DNA from: a virus
Lineage: Duplodnaviria > Caudoviricetes
Reading direction: 5' to 3' (one strand)
DNA: 47,234 nucleotides
IMG/VR virus record: IMGVR_UViG_3300008255_000181
Coordinates: 1 to 47,234 of that record
The notes under the pieces were generated by a model that saw only the letters and a program-made list of their open reading frames with translations, was not told the DNA's origin and did not search any database. Below, piece after piece: positions 37,224-45,978 of the stretch. A program made the translations under genes and the position numbers. Every line of letters starts with the position of its first letter. The stretch's first letter is position 1.

Positions 37224-37298
37224 AGCGGCAAGTTAAACAAACAACCAAAAGGTTGTTCACTATGCCTAACGGCATAAACAATTTGAGAGGTGCTTAGC

Positions 37299-37586
37299 AT
37301 GGCTAAGGTGAACCAAGCGGCAAGCGCAAAGCGCGCTAGTCAAGGGAAGCAGTATCGTAATGGTAATGTTGGGCCTAATGGGCAGTATTACTCACACTAT
37401 GACCAAGGGTACGATGCGTATTTTTCACGCACTAAATATAGCCAAGCTTGGCACCCGCACAAGCAACAAGGGTGGCGTGCTGCAAGGGATAGCGATATCC
37501 TATTACTTAAACAGTTTGTCACTGCTAAGGCTAGCCAGTCTGTAATGGATAGACTAAACGAAATGCTTGAATTGAAGGCGGCGTAG
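37299..37586 (+). CDS. Early hypothetical protein
   Basis: GAGGTG SD, ATG; YDQGYDAY...W...QQGW motif. Confidence 0.7.
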   Translation: MAKVNQAASAKRASQGKQYRNGNVGPNGQYYSHYDQGYDAYFSRTKYSQAWHPHKQQGWRAARDSDILLLKQFVTAKASQSVMDRLNEMLELKAA

Positions 37587-37929
37587 TGTTACACTGTGTA
37601 ACCTGTTAGCATTAAGAAAGATTGGCAGTGCTTATTAACTTCTGTCTTGCACGACCATAATGATTGAGCTTGTGCTCACAGGTGGTACGGCAAGCTCGGG
37701 TGAGTGAATTGCATAATGCCTGATCAGCAGCTCGTAAGGGTGCAGTGAATGTGGGCTTAATTTGTTTGCAGTCATACCAATGCGAAGGTATGTTACGTGC
37801 TTACTGCTTGCAGACACGGCCAAGGTATAGGTAATGCCGTTAAATCCGGGCCGGTGGCAGAGCCTGTGCAAAAAACGATAAACGGGTTTGCCAGTCTTTC
37901 TTAATGCCAATAGGTTACACACTGTAACA
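37587..37929 (+). ncRNA. Putative large structured RNA closed by a 41-bp imperfect stem
   Basis: 37587-37627 complementary to 37889-37929; many internal helices; no plus-strand ORF of 60 aa or more. Confidence 0.6.
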
Positions 37930-37947
37930 TTTTAAAAGAGGTGTATT

Positions 37948-38142
37948 ATGGATATGATCAGCTGTAATATTTGCGGGATAGTCGTAGATAAACATAAGCT
38001 ACCATTCACGAAAGATGACGCTCCTCCCGATCACTACCAGCTAGGGCAGCATTGGGTGTATGGTAAGGGGCTGGGCAGAATGGTAAAAATAGCACCTTGC
38101 CCGTGCTGCAAGTGGGCTATACAGCAGGAAGGGGAGGGCTAG
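37948..38142 (+). CDS. Small Zn-finger-like early protein
   Basis: GAGGTG SD; CNIC...CPCC. Confidence 0.65.
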   Translation: MDMISCNICGIVVDKHKLPFTKDDAPPDHYQLGQHWVYGKGLGRMVKIAPCPCCKWAIQQEGEG

Positions 38143-38540
38143 GTTATATCTGAATGCATAGCACACTGGCGGGGCAGAACCACTTGGTGGATTGAATCTG
38201 ATGATCCAGATGAGTGGACAAGCTATCGTATTGACTGGGAAAAAGGGCAGCTCGAAACGACGCATGTTATAAGCGACGATGAATGGGCTAGTACATTAAC
38301 TGATATATTTTAACGAGGTGCTGTGATGTGTGAACATCCGTTACTGATAGTTTTGATTGTCCTATTAACGACAGGTATTGGCTTGTATTTTATATGCAAG
38401 TGGATATTTATGCGAGACTTGGACATTGACATGCAAGATTTGAGAGAAGATCTCTCGGATACGTAGCCAGCCGACGGTATACAGGCGGGGCGCTGCAACT
38501 GTGGGCAGTGCTAAACTTTAAATAAAGAAGGTGAATAACT

Positions 38541-38804
38541 ATGAATGTTAAACATGCATTAGGTGTAGCTCTAGCTGTGGCAGCTGTTGGCAGTGGGGGT
38601 CTCTACTTGTTACAAGATAGCAAGACAGGTGAACTACTGCCTGACACGCCAGCAAGCGAAGTGCAAACTGAACATCAAGACTCAGGCACACCAACACTGG
38701 AGCACAAAAGCACCGGGGAACTGCTACCTGAACAGGCAGACGCTGGTACTGTATTGCCCATTCATGCCGATACAGGGGAACCGATAACACCAAAACCTGA
38801 ATAG
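38541..38804 (+). CDS. Membrane-anchored early protein with short internal repeats
   Basis: N-terminal hydrophobic helix; TGELLP twice plus DSGT, DAGT, DTGE units. Confidence 0.7.
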   Translation: MNVKHALGVALAVAAVGSGGLYLLQDSKTGELLPDTPASEVQTEHQDSGTPTLEHKSTGELLPEQADAGTVLPIHADTGEPITPKPE

Positions 38805-39008
38805 GTTTTGCATGATGCGCACTGTTACACTGTGTAACCTTGACTGGCTTAACAAGTAGCAGTGTGTATCTGCAAGCCCTGTGTAATAAGACATAGGCAG
38901 GTGAATACGTTGTACTTATGAGGTGTAGCGTACGCCATGTGGCTAAGACCCACCTTGGTTTGTAGTAACCACGATGAATAAAGCCAGTGCGCAATCACTG
39001 TAAAAACT
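38803..39008 (+). ncRNA. Putative structured RNA closed by long stem
   Basis: GTTTTGCATGATGCGCACTG pairs with CAGTGCGCAATCACTGTAAAA; internal hairpins. Confidence 0.55.
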
Positions 39009-39111
39009 AGAACGCTGGCAGTGTGCAACATAATGCACATTAGAAACTTAGTGTGTATTACCCGCACACTGCTGGCATACAATCTAAAAATATGTACAGG
39101 AGTATGCTATC

Positions 39112-39756
39112 ATGGCAACTGTAACACGATACATGACGCACTATTGTAGTGCAGCCGACGGATATATTGAGTTGGTAAGTAGAGCAAAAGGTCTGGCCGA
39201 CGAATTGTTTTACGGGCTGAAAAGCCAAGCAAAAGAAGTAGACAAAGCTAACTTGTTAGCGGAGTATGACAAGGCGATGATTGACGTGGAAAGCGCGCGC
39301 CTTGAAGTTGTAAAAGAATTGTACAATGACGAAGCCATGACGATGGCTAAAGTTCCGGGCTGGAAATCTCGGAAGTCTGAACTGCGACGCGGTATTAAAG
39401 CAGGTGTTGATCCAACAAAGTACGAGTCTTTCAGTTCATATCGAAAGGCAGTAGATAAAGCAACGGGTGGTAATGCTGTTGGAACCAGCAACCTAGTGAA
39501 AGCACCGACTGACAACGGTGGAAGCAATGCGAGTGGTGGTGGCGCGCCAGATAATAAAGGGACTAGCACACCCTTAGCAGTAGTTAACAGCGGCCTTGAC
39601 AAAGCCGTGCAAGATAAGCTTAACCTATTGGCTAAGCACTTAATGAAACTTGACACTGCTCAACAGTTGAAAGTATTGGCTGACTGTGACGGTCAGATTC
39701 ACAAGCTGGCTAAGGTAGGGGGGCGTTTGGCTAACGTGAAGCGCGCCACCGCGTGA
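39112..39756 (+). CDS. Early hypothetical protein (two helical domains, Gly-rich linker)
   Basis: AGGAG SD, 214 aa. Confidence 0.8.
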   Translation: MATVTRYMTHYCSAADGYIELVSRAKGLADELFYGLKSQAKEVDKANLLAEYDKAMIDVESARLEVVKELYNDEAMTMAKVPGWKSRKSELRRGIKAGVDPTKYESFSSYRKAVDKATGGNAVGTSNLVKAPTDNGGSNASGGGAPDNKGTSTPLAVVNSGLDKAVQDKLNLLAKHLMKLDTAQQLKVLADCDGQIHKLAKVGGRLANVKRATA

Positions 39757-40092
39757 CACCTTGGCCTATGTTACACACTGTAACCTTAACCATTAACTGT
39801 TAACAGTTACACAGTGTAACCTTTTGATCCTTCAACACTAAGGGTATGTCGGAACGCCCACTGTATAAGTAGTCCGGTAAAACAGGATAACTGATAGCAC
39901 GGTAGATTCTAGTAATCTTGCAAGGCCGTGCTGTCTTCCTAAAAAGTAGCAGGTTACACTGTGTAACAGGTTACAAAGTAAACAAGTCATAAACGCCTAT
40001 TGAAATATAGGTAAGGCCGTGATCTCTACGGTTTCAACCATCACTCACAAGCTTAATGTTAGGTAGTAGATACCTAATAAGGATAATGTGTT

Positions 40093-40410
40093 ATGTCTGA
40101 TCATACTTTAGCCAACAGCGCAGACTATGTACTGGCGCTCGGAGCATACGAAAAACAAGTCATACTTGAACTTGATAAACTACAGGCATCATGGGGAGCG
40201 AGTATTTATAAAGATAAATACGGCGCACGAATACTCTTTCATATTATAACCGACTCTTGGGAGCGCAAGCGAACCGTAGAAGATTGCGTGCTTGCTCTGA
40301 ACATCACAAGTCTATTGTTATTCCGAGGTATTGTGCCCTCGAACGATGCAATAGCAATCCTAATCCAACAAAACAAAACCCAAAACAACTGGCTATCCGA
40401 GAGGCACTAG
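40093..40410 (+). CDS. Early hypothetical protein
   Basis: AAGGA SD, ATG. Confidence 0.65.
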   Translation: MSDHTLANSADYVLALGAYEKQVILELDKLQASWGASIYKDKYGARILFHIITDSWERKRTVEDCVLALNITSLLLFRGIVPSNDAIAILIQQNKTQNNWLSERH

Positions 40411-40767
40411 CCCATGATGAGTGACACGCAGACTGGAAAGATGCAACGAATACACATAGCATAAACTTAATGCGCGTGTATGGTAGGTTTTATTTGTCGT
40501 CGTTTGCGACTATCATGCACGATATGTTCAGGGTACGACTGAACTGTGGACTAGACATGATGAAAGGTATTGCATCAGAGCGCTGGCATCTGTTGGGTAT
40601 AAAATTGTTGGGAGAAAACTGATTAAAAATATAGGTGATAGGTTACACAGTGTAACAACGGGTGGGCTTATCACCGACTGATCATTAACCGTTCTCTTGT
40701 AATAGAATGGGGATATGCTGAGTCTCTATTCTATTGCAAGAGGACTAAACATAAGAGGAATCTTGCA

Positions 40768-42561
40768 ATGAAAACTAAGGATAAGAAGCTCCGTAATAAG
40801 CGGCGCAAGTCCTTAGCTAGATACGGCATCGAGTGGAAGCCAGATGAGAAGGGCTATCAAAAAGCCCACGCTTATCGTAAGGCTGACACTATCAACACGC
40901 CGTTAAAAGAATCAGCTAAGGCAATGTCATCAGTCTTTCAACACACGTATCAGGATCATCCAGTTCCTGAACTGTCGAGAAAGGAACAGCGTAAACGCGC
41001 TGAAGTTGTGTCTATAAAACAGGCACCGAAGTTACACAGTGTAACCGACCCAGCAAGGGCATCCCCTGAAGAGTTGGCTGCACAGATAGCTGCACTGGAG
41101 CGCATCGTCGATGCCGCTACCAGCGATAAAGAACGTGAGTTTGTCGGGCCTCCAAAACCTGAGCTATCTTTAGTACCGTCTGTTAAAAAGGTCGAGGCCA
41201 TTGGTAAGGCTACACCTGAACAGCCTGTGCCCTCACGTACATCAGCCAACGACTTGAAGTTACACAGTGTAACCGTGGATAACGGGGACTACACATACGA
41301 GGAGTTAGCAGAGCTTATAGATCTTAAGGATCTTGAGCTTATGGAAACAAAAGTTGGGTATGAGAATCGCATCGAGTACCTGAGCAACCAAGTCAACGAG
41401 CTTAACAAAGCTCTGTATGATCTTGATCGTGGTAAGGATGTTGCCGAGTTCTTAGAGGCACACACCACAGATTCAGAAGATAAGATGCGTAAGCGTATTG
41501 TCTATCTGAATCAACAGCACATCAACTCAGAGAATGCTTTGTTCAAAGCAAGGCAGGAGGTACGGCAGTTACGTAGCCAGCTGGAAGATGTGAAGCGTTT
41601 CAACAACGCCCTTGTCTTGCAAAAGAATAAGAACGATGTTGAAACAGGGTACGGGTATGATCGTACCCAAGTTCTTGAAATGGTAGATGATCTTAATTAC
41701 TTCCGTCAAGAGAACACAGAACAGCGTAAAGAAATAGAGCAACTCATGTACCAAGTTGATTTACTCAACGGACTGCGTGGGAAGCCTGCGAGTAATGTCG
41801 GCCAGACCAGTTTAAAAACACTCGCAAATCAGTTTAACATCTATATGTCGCAGCATAGGGATGATCCAATCCGTAATTTCCTACGGAGAAGTAACTATAG
41901 TATCGGCCAAGCTGGTGCTCTGCGTAATTACTTTGATAAGGAATGTGATACCCGCGTACTATTGTCAGAGGAACGTAATGTCTTCCGGCACTGGTCTAAG
42001 CGTGAGTATAAGAAGTTAAGATGGTCAGTCCGTACTCGTAACGAGATCCGTGCTATCCGTCAGATCGGTGTGAACATGCAGCGATACCGTAAGGTAGAGA
42101 TACCTGATCAGCATTGCAAAGTGTTCGCTAAGTTACACAGTGTAACCGACGTTGGTGCGTCCAACGTATACGATGTAAGGCTTCGACCATTGGCGAGTAG
42201 CATTGATGCTGATGCTTATTGTAAAGTGTGGTCGGAGTTTAAAGCAGTAACACCGCGTTGTGAGTACGAACAACAGCGTGAACAAGAACGTAAAGAAGCT
42301 GTGTTAGCTTCAGTTAAAGGTAGTCCTGTATTCAAGGTGGTCAAGGCTGCGTTGGTAACAGGTCGAGCTGTTAAGTCTGTGTTAAACTACGAGCTTAGCA
42401 GCAAGAAACGTAATGAGTCTGTGCGTATAGCTATGCTTGAAGCTAAGCGTATGGAAGAAGAGGCAAGCAGTATCAAGCGGATGAGGGAAGAAGAGTTCGA
42501 GCAATCTATTAACAAGGAGGTGTTGCGTCGTAGAATGCTCGGACTCCCTGACCATGTGTAA
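40768..42561 (+). CDS. Large basic coiled-coil early protein
   Basis: 597 aa, GAGGA SD; KLHSVT occurs three times, each encoded by the palindrome. Confidence 0.8.
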   Translation: MKTKDKKLRNKRRKSLARYGIEWKPDEKGYQKAHAYRKADTINTPLKESAKAMSSVFQHTYQDHPVPELSRKEQRKRAEVVSIKQAPKLHSVTDPARASPEELAAQIAALERIVDAATSDKEREFVGPPKPELSLVPSVKKVEAIGKATPEQPVPSRTSANDLKLHSVTVDNGDYTYEELAELIDLKDLELMETKVGYENRIEYLSNQVNELNKALYDLDRGKDVAEFLEAHTTDSEDKMRKRIVYLNQQHINSENALFKARQEVRQLRSQLEDVKRFNNALVLQKNKNDVETGYGYDRTQVLEMVDDLNYFRQENTEQRKEIEQLMYQVDLLNGLRGKPASNVGQTSLKTLANQFNIYMSQHRDDPIRNFLRRSNYSIGQAGALRNYFDKECDTRVLLSEERNVFRHWSKREYKKLRWSVRTRNEIRAIRQIGVNMQRYRKVEIPDQHCKVFAKLHSVTDVGASNVYDVRLRPLASSIDADAYCKVWSEFKAVTPRCEYEQQREQERKEAVLASVKGSPVFKVVKAALVTGRAVKSVLNYELSSKKRNESVRIAMLEAKRMEEEASSIKRMREEEFEQSINKEVLRRRMLGLPDHV

Positions 42562-42802
42562 CACCCCTACGACGCACTGTGAGCCTCTGTAAGCAACGTC
42601 AACATAACACGGTAGGTTAGTATATGTTTAGTACAATCGTTTGGCACAGAACAAAGGAACCCGGTTCTCGTAACGATGATGAACCTCCGTAACACAACAT
42701 CCTTGTGATGTAGTAATGTAAGTGTGCCTCCTATCCTAGGCGGGAGGTTACACAGTGTAACAATCAGTAAACACCCAACGTGTTAGGCCGCAATGCGGGT
42801 AT

Positions 42803-43076
42803 CGGGTTGAGGATACAGTGACCAGCTGTATCTGGTGTAAGTAATACCCAAGGTATGTGTGCTACCTGCCGACGCCACTCGGCTACTAAAGCACAGATGA
42901 TACAACCTGCACCGTAAGGTGGATACATGGTGTGTAATAAGTGTGTAACCCACACACCTGACAGCTAAGCAACTAAGCTTATCTCAACCTGTTAGGATAG
43001 CACACCTTGGTTACGTAGCAAACGTATGCCAATGCTCTTTAACAAATAGGACAGTCACAGTACGTAATACAACCCG
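42803..43076 (+). ncRNA. Putative large multi-helix RNA
   Basis: CGGGTTG/CAACCCG closing stem; CCAAGGT..GTGCTA/TAGCAC-ACCTTGG; several hairpins in a ~540-nt gap. Confidence 0.55.
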
Positions 43077-43110
43077 TTCAATTCTTTTTTGATACATCGG
43101 GAGGTGTATT

Positions 43111-43587
43111 ATGTTTAGACAAATAATTTCTAGTGGTGATCTTCTTCAGTTACAACCTAGTTGGTTTGGGTTTGGTGGTTGGAAAGGTCATCGTAATCTC
43201 TCTGAAGAGGTACGTCTATTAGAGGGGCACGTGGAGAAAGCAAGGGCCAAGTATCTAGACCTAGCACATAAGCATGTGATAGCGTCAACGAATGTAGCTG
43301 AGAAGCTAGAGACTTTGCAGATCCTTTTGCTTGAGAACTCGGACGCTTACTTTGAAGTTAGTGTGGATAACTCCATACTTGAGAAGAGAGAAGGTGTTAA
43401 GTATAACTTCAGTCGTGGTAACGGCGGCAACAACAACAAGCAAGGACAAGCTTCCTCGAACAAGGACAAGCAAGGTAGTAGTAACGAAGGCAACAATAAG
43501 CAGGGTAATAACAACGGCGGTGGGAATAACAAACAAAAAGTATTCTCTATCTCAGACCTGCTTGGCGCTAAGTTAGTCTTGCATTAA
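43111..43587 (+). CDS. Early hypothetical protein with Asn/Gly/Gln low-complexity tail
   Basis: GGAGGT SD, 158 aa. Confidence 0.75.
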   Translation: MFRQIISSGDLLQLQPSWFGFGGWKGHRNLSEEVRLLEGHVEKARAKYLDLAHKHVIASTNVAEKLETLQILLLENSDAYFEVSVDNSILEKREGVKYNFSRGNGGNNNKQGQASSNKDKQGSSNEGNNKQGNNNGGGNNKQKVFSISDLLGAKLVLH

Positions 43588-43845
43588 GTTTAGTGGTAGG
43601 CTGGTGTGCTAGTACATGCAGGCTCATTAGTAGCGGCAAGGGTGAAAGCTTGTTGGCGAACGAGACTTGGAAAGGACAGCCTTCCCTGTTACACACTGTA
43701 ACTTTAGTTAATAACCTATAAGGCATTCATCTCATGTGGTCAAGCGTTATGCGTTTAGGGCCACTCCCTTAAGGGTATCAGTGGTGAGCTGACGTGGGAA
43801 TAATGAATGTCTTATGCGGTATTAACTACATAGGAGGATACCAAT

Positions 43846-44148
43846 ATGGATGATATATACTCTATTGTCCACCCAAACAGGGATACCAGTTGGGTATCTC
43901 GTGTAGATGGGGTAACTGGGGAGAGAGAAGATATGTTCAGGGATCTTGACATTACCTTCGATCAAGCCATTGAAATAGTAACAGCCCTATACGAAGCACA
44001 AGAGCGCATGAAGCAAAGTCTCTTGGCTGAGATGAGGGATTTCTTAAACAGACGGGAGTTAAACTATGTCAGAGCAAGATATGAAAGCGGCACGGATAGT
44101 GTTAGCAATCAAAGCGTTTCTGATGGCAATGTGGATAGTGCTACGTGA
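43846..44148 (+). CDS. Early hypothetical protein
   Basis: AGGAGG SD. Confidence 0.7.
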   Translation: MDDIYSIVHPNRDTSWVSRVDGVTGEREDMFRDLDITFDQAIEIVTALYEAQERMKQSLLAEMRDFLNRRELNYVRARYESGTDSVSNQSVSDGNVDSAT

Positions 44149-44299
44149 CATTATAAATTGGACACTTAAAGCTATCGCTATTGTCGTAGGGGGTGCGGTT
44201 ATCTTAGCCGCAACAGGGTTATCTTATCAGCTGTACAACAGTACCACTGTTGATGCTAATGTAAAGTTCACACCAATACCTATCACAGCTAAACCGTGA
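44066..44299 (+). CDS. Early membrane protein
   Basis: GGAG SD, two hydrophobic segments. Confidence 0.6.
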   Translation: MSEQDMKAARIVLAIKAFLMAMWIVLRDIINWTLKAIAIVVGGAVILAATGLSYQLYNSTTVDANVKFTPIPITAKP

Positions 44300-44550
44300 T
44301 CAGACTGTAGCCCATCCGTGCGGTGGGTTATGGTGTGCTCACTTAAGACCTGCATATTAGTCGCGTTCATCTTGCGGCAGGCAGTGAGACCTTACATCTA
44401 ATGTAGATGTAAGCGTGTGATTATAGTAACCACACACGTTAATGATACAGGTTCTAAAAGGTACTGTAGTATGTGATGACCCTTGTCCCTACATGATAAG
44501 GTAATCAAGGTTACACAGTGTAACATCAACACACATAGGAGTATTAACTT

Positions 44551-44814
44551 ATGGAACTTCCAGTGTGGTTGCTGTGGTGTATATCATTCTTAATCGCCAC
44601 GATGCCACTTGTTATATTACCTATAGCTATGAAGGTGGATAAGGTACGCCCTACGAAGCGACGTGCAAAACCAGTTGAGTTCACAACGCTGGTTGCTTGC
44701 GATGGGTTCATAGTTATGGAGCTAGATGATGAGGAGTTGTTAGGTCTCGCAAGGATCTTAGCAGCTGAACAAATGAGAATACATTGGGGAAAGGATATCG
44801 ACTGTATCTATTAA
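44551..44814 (+). CDS. Early protein with N-terminal TM
   Basis: AGGAG SD. Confidence 0.65.
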   Translation: MELPVWLLWCISFLIATMPLVILPIAMKVDKVRPTKRRAKPVEFTTLVACDGFIVMELDDEELLGLARILAAEQMRIHWGKDIDCIY

Positions 44815-44948
44815 GGCCGACTGCCTCTCCTACTCTTAACTGTGGGTGTGCAGCTTCGGCCGTCAGTCGGACAGTTACTTTCCCGTTAGGGAAATCCGTA
44901 ACCTTCAGGTTACACAGTGTAATCAAACTTCATTCATCAATAAAGGTA

Positions 44949-45209
44949 ATGCGTATGATGGACGATTCAGGTTTAACCAACCAAGAGTTGTTTGATTCCC
45001 AAGCGTGTTGGACACCAACACAAATTCAAATGTTAATGGACTTCCACAATCTGTGGTCGAAGTATTATGATGAAGCTAAGGCCGGGCGTATGTCTGCTTC
45101 ATACTATAAGGAAATCAAAGAGTTGTCTGACGAGTACATGGTAGCTTACACAGAGCCTAAGTACCGAGCAGGGTTGCAAGGAGTTGGTACACCAGCTACC
45201 TTACACTAA
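44949..45209 (+). CDS. Early hypothetical protein (start near 44949-44958, not 44784)
   Basis: AAGGT SD before ATG cluster; upstream part of the ORF is structured non-coding-like DNA. Confidence 0.6.
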   Translation: MRMMDDSGLTNQELFDSQACWTPTQIQMLMDFHNLWSKYYDEAKAGRMSASYYKEIKELSDEYMVAYTEPKYRAGLQGVGTPATLH

Positions 45210-45337
45210 GATCGTACTGTGACTGTCCGTAGTTAAAGAGCAGGTGGGAGGTTGAGACCCACCTCACCAATAGAACTCCTTCATCGTGAGTCTGAGTCTA
45301 ATAATTTACCAATCAACTAAAATTGTAGGAGGTTATT

Positions 45338-45628
45338 ATGACTACAAATAAACGAAACGATCTGAAAAAGAACGCTGAGGTTACTGAAGAGGGCATCAAA
45401 GCCCGAGGTGATCCAGTAAAAGGAAAGCAACAACTGATCTCTGTGAAGAGTACGCCTATCGGTACACTGAAGAAGCGAATTCTAACAGGGTGTTTGACAA
45501 TCTCTGGCACAGCTAACGCTGTTGGCTTAGCCTCTGATTGGACGCCTGACATGGTGCATGTAGCGTACCCACTAGCTGCTGTAGTCCTGTTAGGTTTGTT
45601 CTTAATCTATATCACGAAGATGGAGTAA
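45338..45628 (+). CDS. Early membrane protein
   Basis: AGGAGG SD; C-terminal hydrophobic segments. Confidence 0.7.
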   Translation: MTTNKRNDLKKNAEVTEEGIKARGDPVKGKQQLISVKSTPIGTLKKRILTGCLTISGTANAVGLASDWTPDMVHVAYPLAAVVLLGLFLIYITKME

Positions 45629-45926
45629 CGTATGTACATAGGATTCATTAACGTACATCCGATAACCCTACCGTTAGGAAATGAGATCGCACATTCCATT
45701 AGTGTGCTGTATCATCATTTGGTTATCATGTATACGCTGTCAATCAAACCAGATATTATTAAGCTGATCGAAGTAGCTGACATGCTTTGAGTACGCTGGC
45801 TCAGACACTGGTTACACAGTGTAACCACCAGTAGCAGTTAGCAATAGCTGCCACTGCGGTTGCATTGTGCAATGATTGAGAGTTCTATGTCACCAAGAGT
45901 TCCCAGAATTATTTATATTTATTTTG

Positions 45927-45956
45927 GGAACTTTTTAACTCTTCAGCACGTATAGT
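45927..45956 (+). promoter_or_regulatory. Putative ECF-sigma promoter upstream of the sigma gene
   Basis: GGAACTTTTT-AACTCTTCAG-CACGTATAGT. Confidence 0.7.
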
Positions 45957-45978
45957 AAACTATACAGGAGAGAACTAT

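Noticed and set aside
37635-38994. Minus-strand ORFs over the early structured regions (37635..37922, 38548..38994)
   Set aside because: Opposite to local transcription, no SD, no protein-like features.
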